From Polyangiaceae bacterium (GTDB taxonomy: Bacteria; Myxococcota_A; Polyangia; Polyangiales; Polyangiaceae), in NCBI GenBank assembly GCA_033763455.1, contig JANRKO010000016.1, forward strand, positions 32,001 through 96,000: a stretch of DNA of 64,000 nt, written 5' to 3'. This document shows positions 54,687 through 64,000 of the stretch, in pieces. Positions within the stretch are counted from its first letter, which is position 1. Every line of letters starts with the position of its first letter. The position numbers and the translations under genes were made by a program. The notes below the pieces were generated by a model, which worked only from the letters and a program-made list of their open reading frames with translations, ran no database searches and had not been told where the DNA came from.

Positions 54687-57632
54687 TCAAGGCGCTGGGG
54701 CACCTGGCGAAGCCTGTGGTGGCGCCGCTTCCGGCAGCAGCTTGAGCTTCTCCGCTTCCGCTAGATACCTATCTCTAGCCTTGGCATTCCCCAGAGATCC
54801 CGCAACGTCGGCAAGGCGACGCCAAACGGCCTCTTTTTCAGCGACGGTGCCAGGGCAGAGAGCGGCACTTTCTAGCTCAAAAATAGCCTGCTCGCGCTTC
54901 TCTGCGCGCAGCAACAACTCCGCGTAGGCCACATGCGTGCCAAGCCCATCCATGTCGGCGTACACCGCCGCTTCCCCAACCCGCACTCCCTCATCAATCT
55001 CCCCGCGAATCAGCAAGCGCTCCAGGAGCCTGCGGTAGATCCCAGGGTTGTGCTCATCGAGCAGAGCAAGCTTGCGCAGCGCGTCGAGCTCAACTTCTGG
55101 TTTTCCCATGCGCTCCCCGAGTTGAACCAAAGCGCGCAGCGGCTCCACTTCAGTTGGGTCCCACTCGTGTGCGCGCTGTAGCGCCAACAGAGCTCGGTCC
55201 CAATCTTGCGCAAGTCGGAACGCCTCGCCCAACAACATTTGGACCTCATATCCATCGAAACCCTCGCGAATCAGAGCTCCGACGGCATCTACCAAGCCGG
55301 CAGAATCTTTTGCTTGTGCGAGCGCGCGCGCGCGTAGAAAACGCAAATCAGGATCTTTGGGGTGCCGCTTCAGCGCCTGCACCAACGCTGCCTGGGACTC
55401 CGCCTCGCGGTTCTGCCGTTGTAATAGCAAAACCCACCGCGCCAGGTTCTTGGCATCTTCCGGGTGTTCCGTGGCGAGCGCCTCGGCGTGCTCCGGAGAG
55501 CCCGTGCGACGCACCGGCACAAATTGCCGCTGATAGCGTTCGAGTCTCGGCTTCAAGAACTCTAGGAAGGCAGCATTGAGCGCCTTGGGCGTGTGACCCA
55601 ACGTTTCGCTCAGCACTTCCGGCGTACGTTTGCCCGCACCCCACGCGCGCAGCATCTTCGGGAACACGGCGCGCCCGTACTTTTGTGCTAGAAACTCTAT
55701 AACTTCCGTAGATGCGTAGTACGCGGTGGCCACGTCTTCGATGTCTTCCACGCGGGTAAACGCCTGAGTCATGGCCTGGAGCTCAGGAAGCTTCTTCTGC
55801 CGGAGGGCTTCAACCAGATCTGGATCCTGCTCGCGTGACCACTCCGGACGCTCGGTGAGGGTTTCGTATTCGGCCAAGCCTTCGGTAAACCAGCGCGGAA
55901 CCCGGCTGCGTGAAAGCTGAATATGAAACACGTGCGAAAGCTCGTGCCAGAGCGTCATGCCTAGGTTAAATTTCTCCTCACCGAGGCTCATTGCCGCTAG
56001 CGTTCGTCCGAAACACACGCCCTGGATGGCTGTTTCCGGCAAGCCACTCGTGCGCACGGCAAAGCTCTGACGGCTCGAATAAAGCTCAATTCCGACCGGG
56101 CTTTCGGGAGTAAAACCGTATGATTTTTGCAACTTTTGAAACGCCCGCTCCAGCATTGGAGGCACGTACCGGGAGAGCAGAGCTTGCTCGTTCTTCGGAT
56201 AGCGAAAGCGAAAGCGCCCAGCCTCCACTGTGGTGTAATTTTTGGGGATCTCTTTTTCAAACAAGTCGAGCGTGTTGTAAACACGCACGTTGAATGGATC
56301 GGAATCGAACGCGTGGCGAAGCGCCGTAACTCCAGGCACATCGCTGCCGCCCCGGATCAGGTTGAGCCCTAACTGCGCCCGGGCCTTGGCGTTCTCGGGA
56401 TCGATCTGGAGCGCCTCCCGCATCATCCCAACAATTTCGTCGTAACGGTGCTCCCATTCTGCGTAATCCCCAATGATGTTGAACATCCGAGAATACTCTG
56501 GGTTCTGCGCCAAAATCTTCGCCTTTGCGGCCTCGAACCCCGCCGTATCGTCGCTTAGGTAGCGCGCGGTGGCGTGCAAGCTCAAGAGCTCAAGGTCGCG
56601 CGGGTTAAACTTCAAACCCTCCGCCACCCATCGCTCGGCCTGCGTAAGATGCGCCTCACGCAAAGCCACGCCGGCAAGCACTCCGTACGCAGACGTTAAC
56701 CTTGGATTTACAGATAGAGCCTTCTTTGCCAAGCGCTCCGCCTCGTCGAAGTCGAAGGCCTGATCGAGGCGAACTCTGGCCATCCACATATTGGCTTCGG
56801 GATGGTTGGGAGCGCGCTTTAGGAGCTCGCTGAGCACTTCTTCGGCATGCCCAGGGTCATACTTTTCGAGGAAAAGTTCAGCACGGTAGAGCCGAAGTTG
56901 GTCCGAATCAGGAAGCACTCGCTCGGCCTGATTGAACGCGTCGTTGGCGTCTTTTGCGCTAGAAAGCAGGTAAGCCGCGCGCCCCACCAGCACCAGGCCA
57001 GCGCCATCTGCTTCGGTGATACGGTCGTCGTTGTAATCCTCAATCAAGCTCATCAAGGGAGCTTGGGCTTCGCTACGCCGACCCAGCTCTAGCAGCAATT
57101 CTCCGGCGAGCAGCCGCGCCTCTCCGGAGACCAACTTCTTCTCGGCCTCTTCTGGTTGGAGCAAGGCGAGCGCTTCTGCCACCTGACCGAGCGCGCGACG
57201 CGCCTTGGCTTCAAGCACTAAGCTGCGCTCAACGAGCGTCGCCACCTGAAGCTTGTCTATTTCGCTCGTGACAAGCTCACTTTGCAGCTGCGAGCTGAGC
57301 GGCAAGATCTCTTCGGCCCGCCCCACCAAAAGCCAAGTGCGCATCAAGCCAAAGGCGGCTTCGGCGCGCGTTTTCCCTCGGGGGGAGGTGCGCCAAATTT
57401 GGCCAAAAAGCTGCTCTGCCGAGCGATATTCACTCTGACCGAGAGCTACCTCGGCGAGCTCCAAAGGCGTCTTTCTGGGCGTTGGCTGGGTTGCGCTTGA
57501 GGCGGGCCTTGGCACGGCGGTTGGCGCCTTGCCACCGCGAGGATCATGGCCCGTGCAGCCAAGGGCCAACACCAACCATAGTGCAGACGCGGGTGAAGGA
57601 GCCCTTCTAGCCGTGCCCACCCTAGCTCTCAT
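54687..57632 (-). CDS. TPR-rich lipoprotein with peptidase MA domain
   Basis: ALGC lipobox, many TPRs, HELSHVFH..VPRWFTEGLAEY. Confidence 0.85.
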   Translation of the reverse strand: MRARVGTARRAPSPASALWLVLALGCTGHDPRGGKAPTAVPRPASSATQPTPRKTPLELAEVALGQSEYRSAEQLFGQIWRTSPRGKTRAEAAFGLMRTWLLVGRAEEILPLSSQLQSELVTSEIDKLQVATLVERSLVLEAKARRALGQVAEALALLQPEEAEKKLVSGEARLLAGELLLELGRRSEAQAPLMSLIEDYNDDRITEADGAGLVLVGRAAYLLSSAKDANDAFNQAERVLPDSDQLRLYRAELFLEKYDPGHAEEVLSELLKRAPNHPEANMWMARVRLDQAFDFDEAERLAKKALSVNPRLTSAYGVLAGVALREAHLTQAERWVAEGLKFNPRDLELLSLHATARYLSDDTAGFEAAKAKILAQNPEYSRMFNIIGDYAEWEHRYDEIVGMMREALQIDPENAKARAQLGLNLIRGGSDVPGVTALRHAFDSDPFNVRVYNTLDLFEKEIPKNYTTVEAGRFRFRYPKNEQALLSRYVPPMLERAFQKLQKSYGFTPESPVGIELYSSRQSFAVRTSGLPETAIQGVCFGRTLAAMSLGEEKFNLGMTLWHELSHVFHIQLSRSRVPRWFTEGLAEYETLTERPEWSREQDPDLVEALRQKKLPELQAMTQAFTRVEDIEDVATAYYASTEVIEFLAQKYGRAVFPKMLRAWGAGKRTPEVLSETLGHTPKALNAAFLEFLKPRLERYQRQFVPVRRTGSPEHAEALATEHPEDAKNLARWVLLLQRQNREAESQAALVQALKRHPKDPDLRFLRARALAQAKDSAGLVDAVGALIREGFDGYEVQMLLGEAFRLAQDWDRALLALQRAHEWDPTEVEPLRALVQLGERMGKPEVELDALRKLALLDEHNPGIYRRLLERLLIRGEIDEGVRVGEAAVYADMDGLGTHVAYAELLLRAEKREQAIFELESAALCPGTVAEKEAVWRRLADVAGSLGNAKARDRYLAEAEKLKLLPEAAPPQASPGAPAP

Positions 57633-57921
57633 CCGAACCCTTTCGCCAGCGCGTGAGCCGGCGTGGCCAGGGCGTGCCCACTGTGCGTTGGCGCCAGGCT
57701 GTGCGCAGCAAGCTCTGAGTAACATCGAGCAACCAGGTGGGGGCCGGCTCACCGCGCCATTGTTCGTGGTTAACTTTCCCCTCCACGCTTACTTTCACCA
57801 CAGAGCTAAATAGCCTTTCACCTTCCGAAAAACACCCTAAATAGCGAGCCTCCAGGTCCTCGGCGTGCTGCAGCACGAGCTCCACGCGGCCACCGAACTC
57901 TGAACTCAGCGGGCTTGCCAT
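57622..57921 (-). CDS. Small hypothetical protein
   Basis: GGAGGT RBS; fills the gap between rph and the TPR peptidase; WPRRLTRWR tail. Confidence 0.65.
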   Translation of the reverse strand: MASPLSSEFGGRVELVLQHAEDLEARYLGCFSEGERLFSSVVKVSVEGKVNHEQWRGEPAPTWLLDVTQSLLRTAWRQRTVGTPWPRRLTRWRKGSDES

Positions 57922-57934
57922 CCAACACCTCCGC

Positions 57935-58693
57935 TCAGCTCAACCACGACCCTAGGGCCACGCCCGCCCCTTCGAGGGCAGCGCTTTGAATGCGGCAAAG
58001 TTCGGCGATGCCTTGCAAGGAAAGATCGATCAGTTGATTGAAGTCGCTGCGTGGTACAGCTTCTCCCTCCGCTGTACCCTGGATCTCAACAATGGAGCCT
58101 TTCGCCGTTGCCACTACGTTCAGATCTACCCGTGCCTTGCTGTCCTCAGCGTAACAGAGGTCCAACGCCAAGTTGCCGTGCACGTGGCCCGCGCTGATAG
58201 CCGCTACCTGATCGCGGAGCACGCCTTTTCCGAGCTTTCCATCGCGCTTTTGGACCTTATCGAGCGCCAACACGAGCGCCATCCAGCCTGCGGTGATTGA
58301 AGCCGTTCGAGTACCACCGTCGGCTTCCAACACGTCACAGTCAATCGCGATACTACGTTCACCAAGCTTGCTGAGATCCACAGCGGCTCGCAAGGAGCGG
58401 CCGATCAAGCGCTCTATCTCCCGGCTTCTTCCGCCGAGCGGGCGTTCACGGCCATCGCGGCGTTCGCGACGAACGGGGTTCGAGCGCGGATGCATCTGAT
58501 ATTCGGCCGTGACCCAGCCTTTGCCTTGCCCCTTCAAAAAATCTGGAACGAAGTCGTCGAGCGAAGCCGTTGCCAGCACCACGGTGCCACCCGCACGGTA
58601 AAGCACTGACCCTTCTGCTAGGCGTTGAAACCCGACCTCAACCTGGACGGGACGAATAGTTTGGAGCTCGGCCCCTTCGCGGCGTTTGTACAT
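57935..58693 (-). CDS. rph: Ribonuclease PH
   Basis: AEGS, GWVTAEY.M.PR, EIERLIGRSLR, DCDVLEADGGTRTASITA, EIQGTAE. Confidence 0.95.
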   Translation of the reverse strand: MYKRREGAELQTIRPVQVEVGFQRLAEGSVLYRAGGTVVLATASLDDFVPDFLKGQGKGWVTAEYQMHPRSNPVRRERRDGRERPLGGRSREIERLIGRSLRAAVDLSKLGERSIAIDCDVLEADGGTRTASITAGWMALVLALDKVQKRDGKLGKGVLRDQVAAISAGHVHGNLALDLCYAEDSKARVDLNVVATAKGSIVEIQGTAEGEAVPRSDFNQLIDLSLQGIAELCRIQSAALEGAGVALGSWLS

Positions 58694-58788
58694 ATACGGG
58701 CGAGCTTTAGCACATGCCGCCGGCTGAGCCGCTAGGGATCCCGTGAACGCGCCATTGTCGGGCTCTCGTGCTATGAGCGCAACGCGCA

Positions 58789-59499
58789 ATGGAACCGCAG
58801 ATTTCTGACGCTTTCACGCTCCGGGTTTCGGAGGTCTTCGAGAGCCTGCAAGGCGAAGGGCCTCACGCGGGCCGTGCGTGCGTGTTCCTCAGGCTCGCCC
58901 TGTGCAACCTGCGCTGCGGCTGGTGCGACACGAAGTACACGTGGGATTTTAAGTCGCATTCGTACGACCAAGAGGTGAAGGAACAACCGGTAGCCGAGCT
59001 GGTTGAACAGCTACAAGCCCTCGCACCCCGGCATCTGGTGATTACCGGAGGTGAGCCACTTCTGCAGCAAGCAGCCCTTCAAACACTGTTGACCGAACTT
59101 GATCCGAAGCTATTTGTAGAGATCGAAACCAACGGCACTTTACCGCCCAGTGCATTTCTGAGCGCGCGGGTTCAGCATTGGAATGTCTCCCCCAAGCTCG
59201 CGAACAGCGGAGAGAGCGAAGCGCGCCGCCTACGTTTTCCGGCTCTTTTGGAGTTCTCGAGGCTCCCCGGCGCATGGCTCAAGTTGGTTCTCTCAAGCCC
59301 GGCGGAGTGGTCCGAGGCCGAAGCCATTGTTGCCCAGGCAGGTTGGCCCAAAGAGCGAATTTCACTGATGCCTAAAGCGAGCAATCGAGCAGAGCTTGAG
59401 GCTGCTTCCAAGGGCATCGCGGAGCTTGCTGCAAGCCAGAAGGTACGCTTCTCCACGCGCTTACACCTCCTCTTGTGGGACGGCGCCCGGGGAACGTGA
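58789..59499 (+). CDS. queE: 7-carboxy-7-deazaguanine synthase (radical SAM)
   Basis: EVFESLQGEG, CNLRCGWCDT, ITGGEPLLQ, IETNGT, VSPK. Confidence 0.9.
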   Translation: MEPQISDAFTLRVSEVFESLQGEGPHAGRACVFLRLALCNLRCGWCDTKYTWDFKSHSYDQEVKEQPVAELVEQLQALAPRHLVITGGEPLLQQAALQTLLTELDPKLFVEIETNGTLPPSAFLSARVQHWNVSPKLANSGESEARRLRFPALLEFSRLPGAWLKLVLSSPAEWSEAEAIVAQAGWPKERISLMPKASNRAELEAASKGIAELAASQKVRFSTRLHLLLWDGARGT

Positions 59500-59509
59500 C
59501 GCTTAACCA

Positions 59510-61804
59510 CTAAGGAATATCACCCCAAACAGTTAACGCCGCGCGGGTATCCGGATCGAGCACAAGCCGCGGCGCCCCCGCAGGCCGCAGCAGCAACGAA
59601 GCGAGCTCCTTCTGCCGGGAGAGCTCTTCGAAAGTCTGGAGCCAAATCGCTCGCGCCGCATACGAGGCGCTCGAAAAAACGTCCTCGCTGCAGGCCGGAT
59701 CGCTATCTGTCCGACACAGGCGAGGGACTCGGCCGAGCGTGCCACTGAGCTGCCATACCCCCGAACGAGTAACATAGGTCTGGCCCCTCACCGCCAGAAG
59801 TGCTCTACCTTCAGGCGGAGAGTAGCCTTTCACCATCGAGAACAAATCTAGACCTTGCACATGTGGTAACGCTGGCAAGCCGAGAGCTTCGGCGATGGTC
59901 GCGGAAATGTCATCGGTGGTGACGACCGCCGTGTTCTCAGTGCCGGCGTGAGCGCCACCTGGGAACTTCACCAGGAGTGGTACGTTGAGGCGCGCCTCGG
60001 AGAGGTCACCTGCGGGATCAAAGGGTAAGGTGGGCGGCCTCGGGGAAGCCACGTCACCCATGTAAACAATGAGGGCACTATCGAGGAGGTCGTGCTTCTT
60101 GAGGCTAGAAAATAGGCGTTTAGTGCTAAGGAGTTCCTTGCTATAGGCCGCGCTTTGGAGCTCGCGCAGGCGTGCCCAATCGTCGTCTTTGAGCTTCTTG
60201 CCTCGTCGCCGCACATCACCAATCAGAATACCGCCGCGCCGGGCATCTACGTTCCCTGCATATTCCTTGGGCCCAAGTCGCTGTGCCTCGACGCGCGTCA
60301 AATCCCAAGGTGGATGGGTTCCGCGTGTGTGAACAACCAATAAATGCGGACGCGTCCGCACTTGCTCACTTTGACTTTCGAGCCAAGCCGCGGCCCGGCT
60401 GATCACCTCGGTTGCCGGCAGATCGAGCACCGGGGAAGCATTAAAATATTCGTCCCAATCTCTTGCGAAGCCAAACGCTCCGAAGGTAGTGGGGACGGCC
60501 GAGAGGAAGGCAGCGTGCCCACCCGACGCTTTGAGGGCTCGTTGGAGCGTCTGAATATCGGGCAAAAGCAGCGGTGAAGCCTCATTCAGCCCATGGACAC
60601 CCGCGGGCAGCCCAGACAACAAAGACGCCATCACCGAAGAAGCGAGGGTGCTCTGCACGCGATAATTCGGAAAAGCCACGGCCGTACGAGCAAACTCACC
60701 GAGCGCGGCCGCAGGTTCTCCGGTTCCCCACGGCGGCACGTCTTGGCGATTGAGCGAAGAAGCCACAACAACAACCGCGAGATTCGTCCGTGGCGTCTTG
60801 GGTCGCGCTTCCTCCCGAACCCGGGGATCACCGAACACCACCCGTCCACCTTCCGCCGAGGTTGCTCCGATTTCCAAAAGGCCTACGCCCGAAGACCGAC
60901 TGCCAAGAGCAAGCGTTGCAGGTGCAAAGGCAGCGGCGTCTCCGCCGGTTACCTGCCGCCGCAAGAGCTCGCGCGGGGCTTCTCCATCCAGAAGCAGGCG
61001 AACCTGAGCCTCACCCTTGCCTTTTCCCCAGAATCCAAGGGAAAAGGCGAGCTTCGCCTGCCCCGAAAGGCTCACCGGACAACGAACATTGACGCTGCTT
61101 TTGAAGGCCAACACTCGGTGCGGCACCGAGCCCAACGCCACTTCCGACACGACATCGCGGAACGTGGGCGGGTACTCTGTGGTTCCACCTCGCGCCCGTA
61201 TTCTGATCCAATCAATCTCTCCGTAGGGCTCGTCGTTTCCACGCGGTGCCCCAACGAACCGAACCCCGAGCGTGTGCAGCCCCGCCTTGAGCCCGGACGG
61301 GATAGGGAGGGAGAACACGCGGGCAACCCCGCTTTCCATGCGCAGAAGCCCCAGACGTTTTCTGTCCACATCGATGGCCAAATGGCGCGCCCCGGCGCCG
61401 TAGCCCCGGACTTCTACTTGGAGTTCCGCTTGCGCTTCCGTCAGCCAGAAGCTGTAGCCCGCCTGATCGCCGCGGAATTGACCGAAGGTTTCGCCCCCGC
61501 GTTCCACCCCCCGAACGTCAGCAAACGGCCCCAAACGAAAACCGCGTCTCCAATCGGTGCCGTCAGCGCCGAGATCCAGCACCATGCCGTCGTCGCGCAG
61601 CTCACAGTGTTCCAACCGCGAAAGCAGCTCCACTTCGACATTGGAGGGTACCGCTTCAGCGGTAGTGCCGGCGGGCTTGGAAGGCCCTTCGGTAGGCTGC
61701 TGCTTGGCTAAAGGCTCCGGCGATTTGCAGCCGAGCACGGCCGCGGAGAGGCATAACCAAAGGCCTTGCCTAAGGGCTGCGCTGAGCGTGAAGTACCGAA
61801 GCAT
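59510..61804 (-). CDS. Sulfatase/alkaline-phosphatase-fold lipoprotein, catalytic motifs degenerate
   Basis: VLGC lipobox, ASLLSGLP..HG, H..GTHPPW, LNVPLLVKFP, DISATIAEALG. Confidence 0.7.
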   Translation of the reverse strand: MLRYFTLSAALRQGLWLCLSAAVLGCKSPEPLAKQQPTEGPSKPAGTTAEAVPSNVEVELLSRLEHCELRDDGMVLDLGADGTDWRRGFRLGPFADVRGVERGGETFGQFRGDQAGYSFWLTEAQAELQVEVRGYGAGARHLAIDVDRKRLGLLRMESGVARVFSLPIPSGLKAGLHTLGVRFVGAPRGNDEPYGEIDWIRIRARGGTTEYPPTFRDVVSEVALGSVPHRVLAFKSSVNVRCPVSLSGQAKLAFSLGFWGKGKGEAQVRLLLDGEAPRELLRRQVTGGDAAAFAPATLALGSRSSGVGLLEIGATSAEGGRVVFGDPRVREEARPKTPRTNLAVVVVASSLNRQDVPPWGTGEPAAALGEFARTAVAFPNYRVQSTLASSVMASLLSGLPAGVHGLNEASPLLLPDIQTLQRALKASGGHAAFLSAVPTTFGAFGFARDWDEYFNASPVLDLPATEVISRAAAWLESQSEQVRTRPHLLVVHTRGTHPPWDLTRVEAQRLGPKEYAGNVDARRGGILIGDVRRRGKKLKDDDWARLRELQSAAYSKELLSTKRLFSSLKKHDLLDSALIVYMGDVASPRPPTLPFDPAGDLSEARLNVPLLVKFPGGAHAGTENTAVVTTDDISATIAEALGLPALPHVQGLDLFSMVKGYSPPEGRALLAVRGQTYVTRSGVWQLSGTLGRVPRLCRTDSDPACSEDVFSSASYAARAIWLQTFEELSRQKELASLLLRPAGAPRLVLDPDTRAALTVWGDIP

Positions 61805-61838
61805 CCGCCCCGGGGCTTAGCTCAACTTGACCCAAGCG

Positions 61839-62969
61839 TCACTGCGTGAGGGCGGCAGCCGGGATCGCCACTTCGCCCGCAACCAAACGTCCGTTGGCGT
61901 CGTAGCGGCTAAGCTCTAGCCCCACGCGCCTAAGCACTGCTTGCTTCTCATGAAACGGCTGAAAACTCGACTTGAAGCCAGCCAAAATCATGCTCTTGAT
62001 GTCCTCGAATGGAATGCCCATGCGCGTGTGGGCGAGCCACAGCTCTTTGGAAACGGTGGTGTCGGTAATCAAGCGATTGTCCGTGTTTACCGTGACCCGC
62101 AGGCCTAGATCGAAGTAAAACTTGAGCGGGTGGGTTGAAAGATCCCGCACCGCCCCCGTCTGCACATTGCTGGACGGGCAACACTCCAGGGGAATGCGGT
62201 GATCGTTCACGTAGTGTAGAAGGTCGCCATTTTCACGCAGCCTGCAGCCGTGCCCAATGCGGTGCGCGCCACACACGTGGATGGCTTGCGCGATGGATTC
62301 TGGCCCGTATGCCTCGCCCGCGTGGATGGTGCAGTTGATGTTGTTGTCTCGCACCAACTGGAAAGCTTCCTTGTGATGCTTGGCGGGGTTGTCGGCTTCG
62401 GCTCCCGCAAGATCAAAGCCCACAACTCCGCGCCCCTTGTACGCCACGGCAAGCTCGGCCATTTCATACGAAGATTCTGGGGAAATGTTGCGAATACCGC
62501 AGATAATGACATTGGCCTTGATGCCGTAGGTTTCGCGCGCGCGCCTTAGGCCGAGCAATACGGCTTCCACCACCTTGGTGAGCTTGAGGCCTCGGTTGGT
62601 GTGGAGCATGGGCGCGTAGCGCACCTCCATGTAGCGAACGTTTTCCCGATGAGCATCTTCGGCGAGCTCAAACGCAATGCGCTCCAGAGCTTCTTCCGTC
62701 TGCATCACGCGCAAAGTAATGCCAAACCCCCTCAGGTATTCGACCAATGATCCACAATTTTTGCCGGCACCAATGGCTTCACGCAGGCCCTCCACATCGT
62801 ACGAAGGGAGCTCCACGTTCTCAGTGCGCGCAAGTTCGATGATGGTCTCCACACGCAGGGAGCCGTCTAGGTGCACGTGGAGGTCCGCCTTGGGCAGAGC
62901 CTCAAACACCTCAAAAGGAACGCGCTCGAATGAAAACGCCGACGGGGGGTTGCTTCTTGTTGACGACAT
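61839..62969 (-). CDS. add: Adenosine deaminase
   Basis: LPKADLHVHLDGS, GFDLAG.E, TIHAGE, RIGHG, CPSSN, NTDN. Confidence 0.94.
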   Translation of the reverse strand: MSSTRSNPPSAFSFERVPFEVFEALPKADLHVHLDGSLRVETIIELARTENVELPSYDVEGLREAIGAGKNCGSLVEYLRGFGITLRVMQTEEALERIAFELAEDAHRENVRYMEVRYAPMLHTNRGLKLTKVVEAVLLGLRRARETYGIKANVIICGIRNISPESSYEMAELAVAYKGRGVVGFDLAGAEADNPAKHHKEAFQLVRDNNINCTIHAGEAYGPESIAQAIHVCGAHRIGHGCRLRENGDLLHYVNDHRIPLECCPSSNVQTGAVRDLSTHPLKFYFDLGLRVTVNTDNRLITDTTVSKELWLAHTRMGIPFEDIKSMILAGFKSSFQPFHEKQAVLRRVGLELSRYDANGRLVAGEVAIPAAALTQ

Positions 62970-62978
62970 TAGGGAAGG

Positions 62979-64000
62979 CTAGCGCATGGGCTCGGGTGGC
63001 GCCGCTCTACGCGCACCCAAAAGCACCACCGTAAGCCCCAGGGCTCCGCATAAAAGCGAGAATTCTAGCCCCGTTAGGCCGCGCTTTCCTTCGTTGGCCA
63101 AAGCGGCCTCGATGGCTTCTTCGTAGGCCTCGGCTGAGGCTACCCCTTTGGTGTGCCGCGCCCCAATGTAGGTATTCGGTAAACCCCGGAGACCTATCTT
63201 ATCGAAGAGCGCACGGGCAGCTTCGAGCTTCCTTGTGGTGGCCGCACTCGAAACGCAGGCATTGAACTCTCCTAGATTAACACCCAAGTTAACGACGAAT
63301 GCGCGAATCCGAGCTTCGGATAGATCTTCGGTGGTAAACAAGAAATTGACGAGCTTTTCTTCGTTAGGGCCGGCTTCGGCGCACAGTGCTGCGCGAGCCG
63401 CAAATGCCGCGTGCGGGTGCTGCGCGAGCGGGATATAGCGGCGCACCATCACCACTTTTCCCTCGAACTCCTGCAGCAACGGCTGAAGTATTTGGTGGAG
63501 GCGCCTGCAATGAGGGCACTCAAAGTCCACAAATTCCACGATCGTAGCTTTACCCGGGACATACAACGAGGCGATGGCCGGAGGTACGGGCGGCGAAAGA
63601 CGCACGCTCGGCCAAGCCAGCGGGGCTCCAACTAGGAGCGCAAAAACGGCAACCCAACCTCCAGTGTTTAATCGATAACCTGCTAGCGTAGGTTCGAGCT
63701 GGACCTCAGCTTGCGTACGAAAGAGAAGGATGGCGAGCCCCAGAATAGCGAGTGCGCTGCCATCTGCCACCACGCACCAGACACAGAAGCGCCCAATCAC
63801 AAGAGCCTGCACGAACACCAGAGCCGCCGCGCTGGCACCACCAAAAGCCGCCAAAAGCAGCACCCATAGAGCCCTTTTCTTCCCCTCCCTAACGAGGGTT
63901 GCCGCGAACAAAGCCGTGAAACCAAAAAGCCCCAGCACCGGCACCGGCAGCCGCAACGCCCCGAGCGTTAGGAATCCAAAGCCGCTTTCCCGAACCGCCG
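62979..64000 (-). CDS. VKOR plus DsbA-like thioredoxin fusion (5' end outside the window)
   Basis: Frame open to the window edge; TM segments with FCVWC, then EFVDFECPHC. Confidence 0.85.
   Translation of the reverse strand, partial: AVRESGFGFLTLGALRLPVPVLGLFGFTALFAATLVREGKKRALWVLLLAAFGGASAAALVFVQALVIGRFCVWCVVADGSALAILGLAILLFRTQAEVQLEPTLAGYRLNTGGWVAVFALLVGAPLAWPSVRLSPPVPPAIASLYVPGKATIVEFVDFECPHCRRLHQILQPLLQEFEGKVVMVRRYIPLAQHPHAAFAARAALCAEAGPNEEKLVNFLFTTEDLSEARIRAFVVNLGVNLGEFNACVSSAATTRKLEAARALFDKIGLRGLPNTYIGARHTKGVASAEAYEEAIEAALANEGKRGLTGLEFSLLCGALGLTVVLLGARRAAPPEPMR

Noticed and set aside
58694..58788. preQ1 riboswitch before queE
   Set aside because: Short divergent promoter region without the preQ1 stem or A-rich tail
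58789..59499. queE as part of a 7-deazaguanine DNA-modification (dpd) system
   Set aside because: No dpdA/tgt-like, folE, queD or queC neighbours; context is housekeeping
60593..61711. Long antisense or alternative-frame ORFs (also 48991-49995, 26712-27587, 44251-45060, 33954-34730, 51670-52440)
   Set aside because: Shadows of well-supported genes in high-GC DNA; no motifs or RBS

Overview
GC-rich, gene-dense chromosomal window, most likely from a myxobacterium (Myxococcota, probably Polyangiales). That assignment is inferred from CdnL, a CorE-type ECF sigma factor, a DUF1592/DUF1552 pair, and many Gly/Pro/Cys-rich lipoproteins and TPR proteins. Most of it is housekeeping (ilvD-family dehydratase, rnc, cdnL, ppx, coaD, thiolase, purC, chorismate mutase, xylFGH, trmL, trpS, rph, queE, add, VKOR-DsbA) mixed with uncharacterised envelope proteins. 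A copper-resistance cluster lies at about 32.0-37.2 kb. I found no rRNA, tRNA, CRISPR array, integrase or transposase. Best leads: (1) a near-consensus sigma54 promoter ahead of an HxHxH lipoprotein and a heme-c-fused PHM/DBH-type copper monooxygenase, next to an orphan sigma54 activator; (2) an apparently circularly permuted DHH phosphoesterase; (3) -10-like boxes 6-12 nt before start codons across the window, often lacking T-7, which suggests leaderless or near-leaderless and possibly CdnL-dependent transcription; (4) an orphan SctL/FliH-like gene with a small coupled partner; (5) short tandem triplications at gene ends and hairpin-dense intergenic regions. All product calls come from motif recognition by eye; no database search was run.
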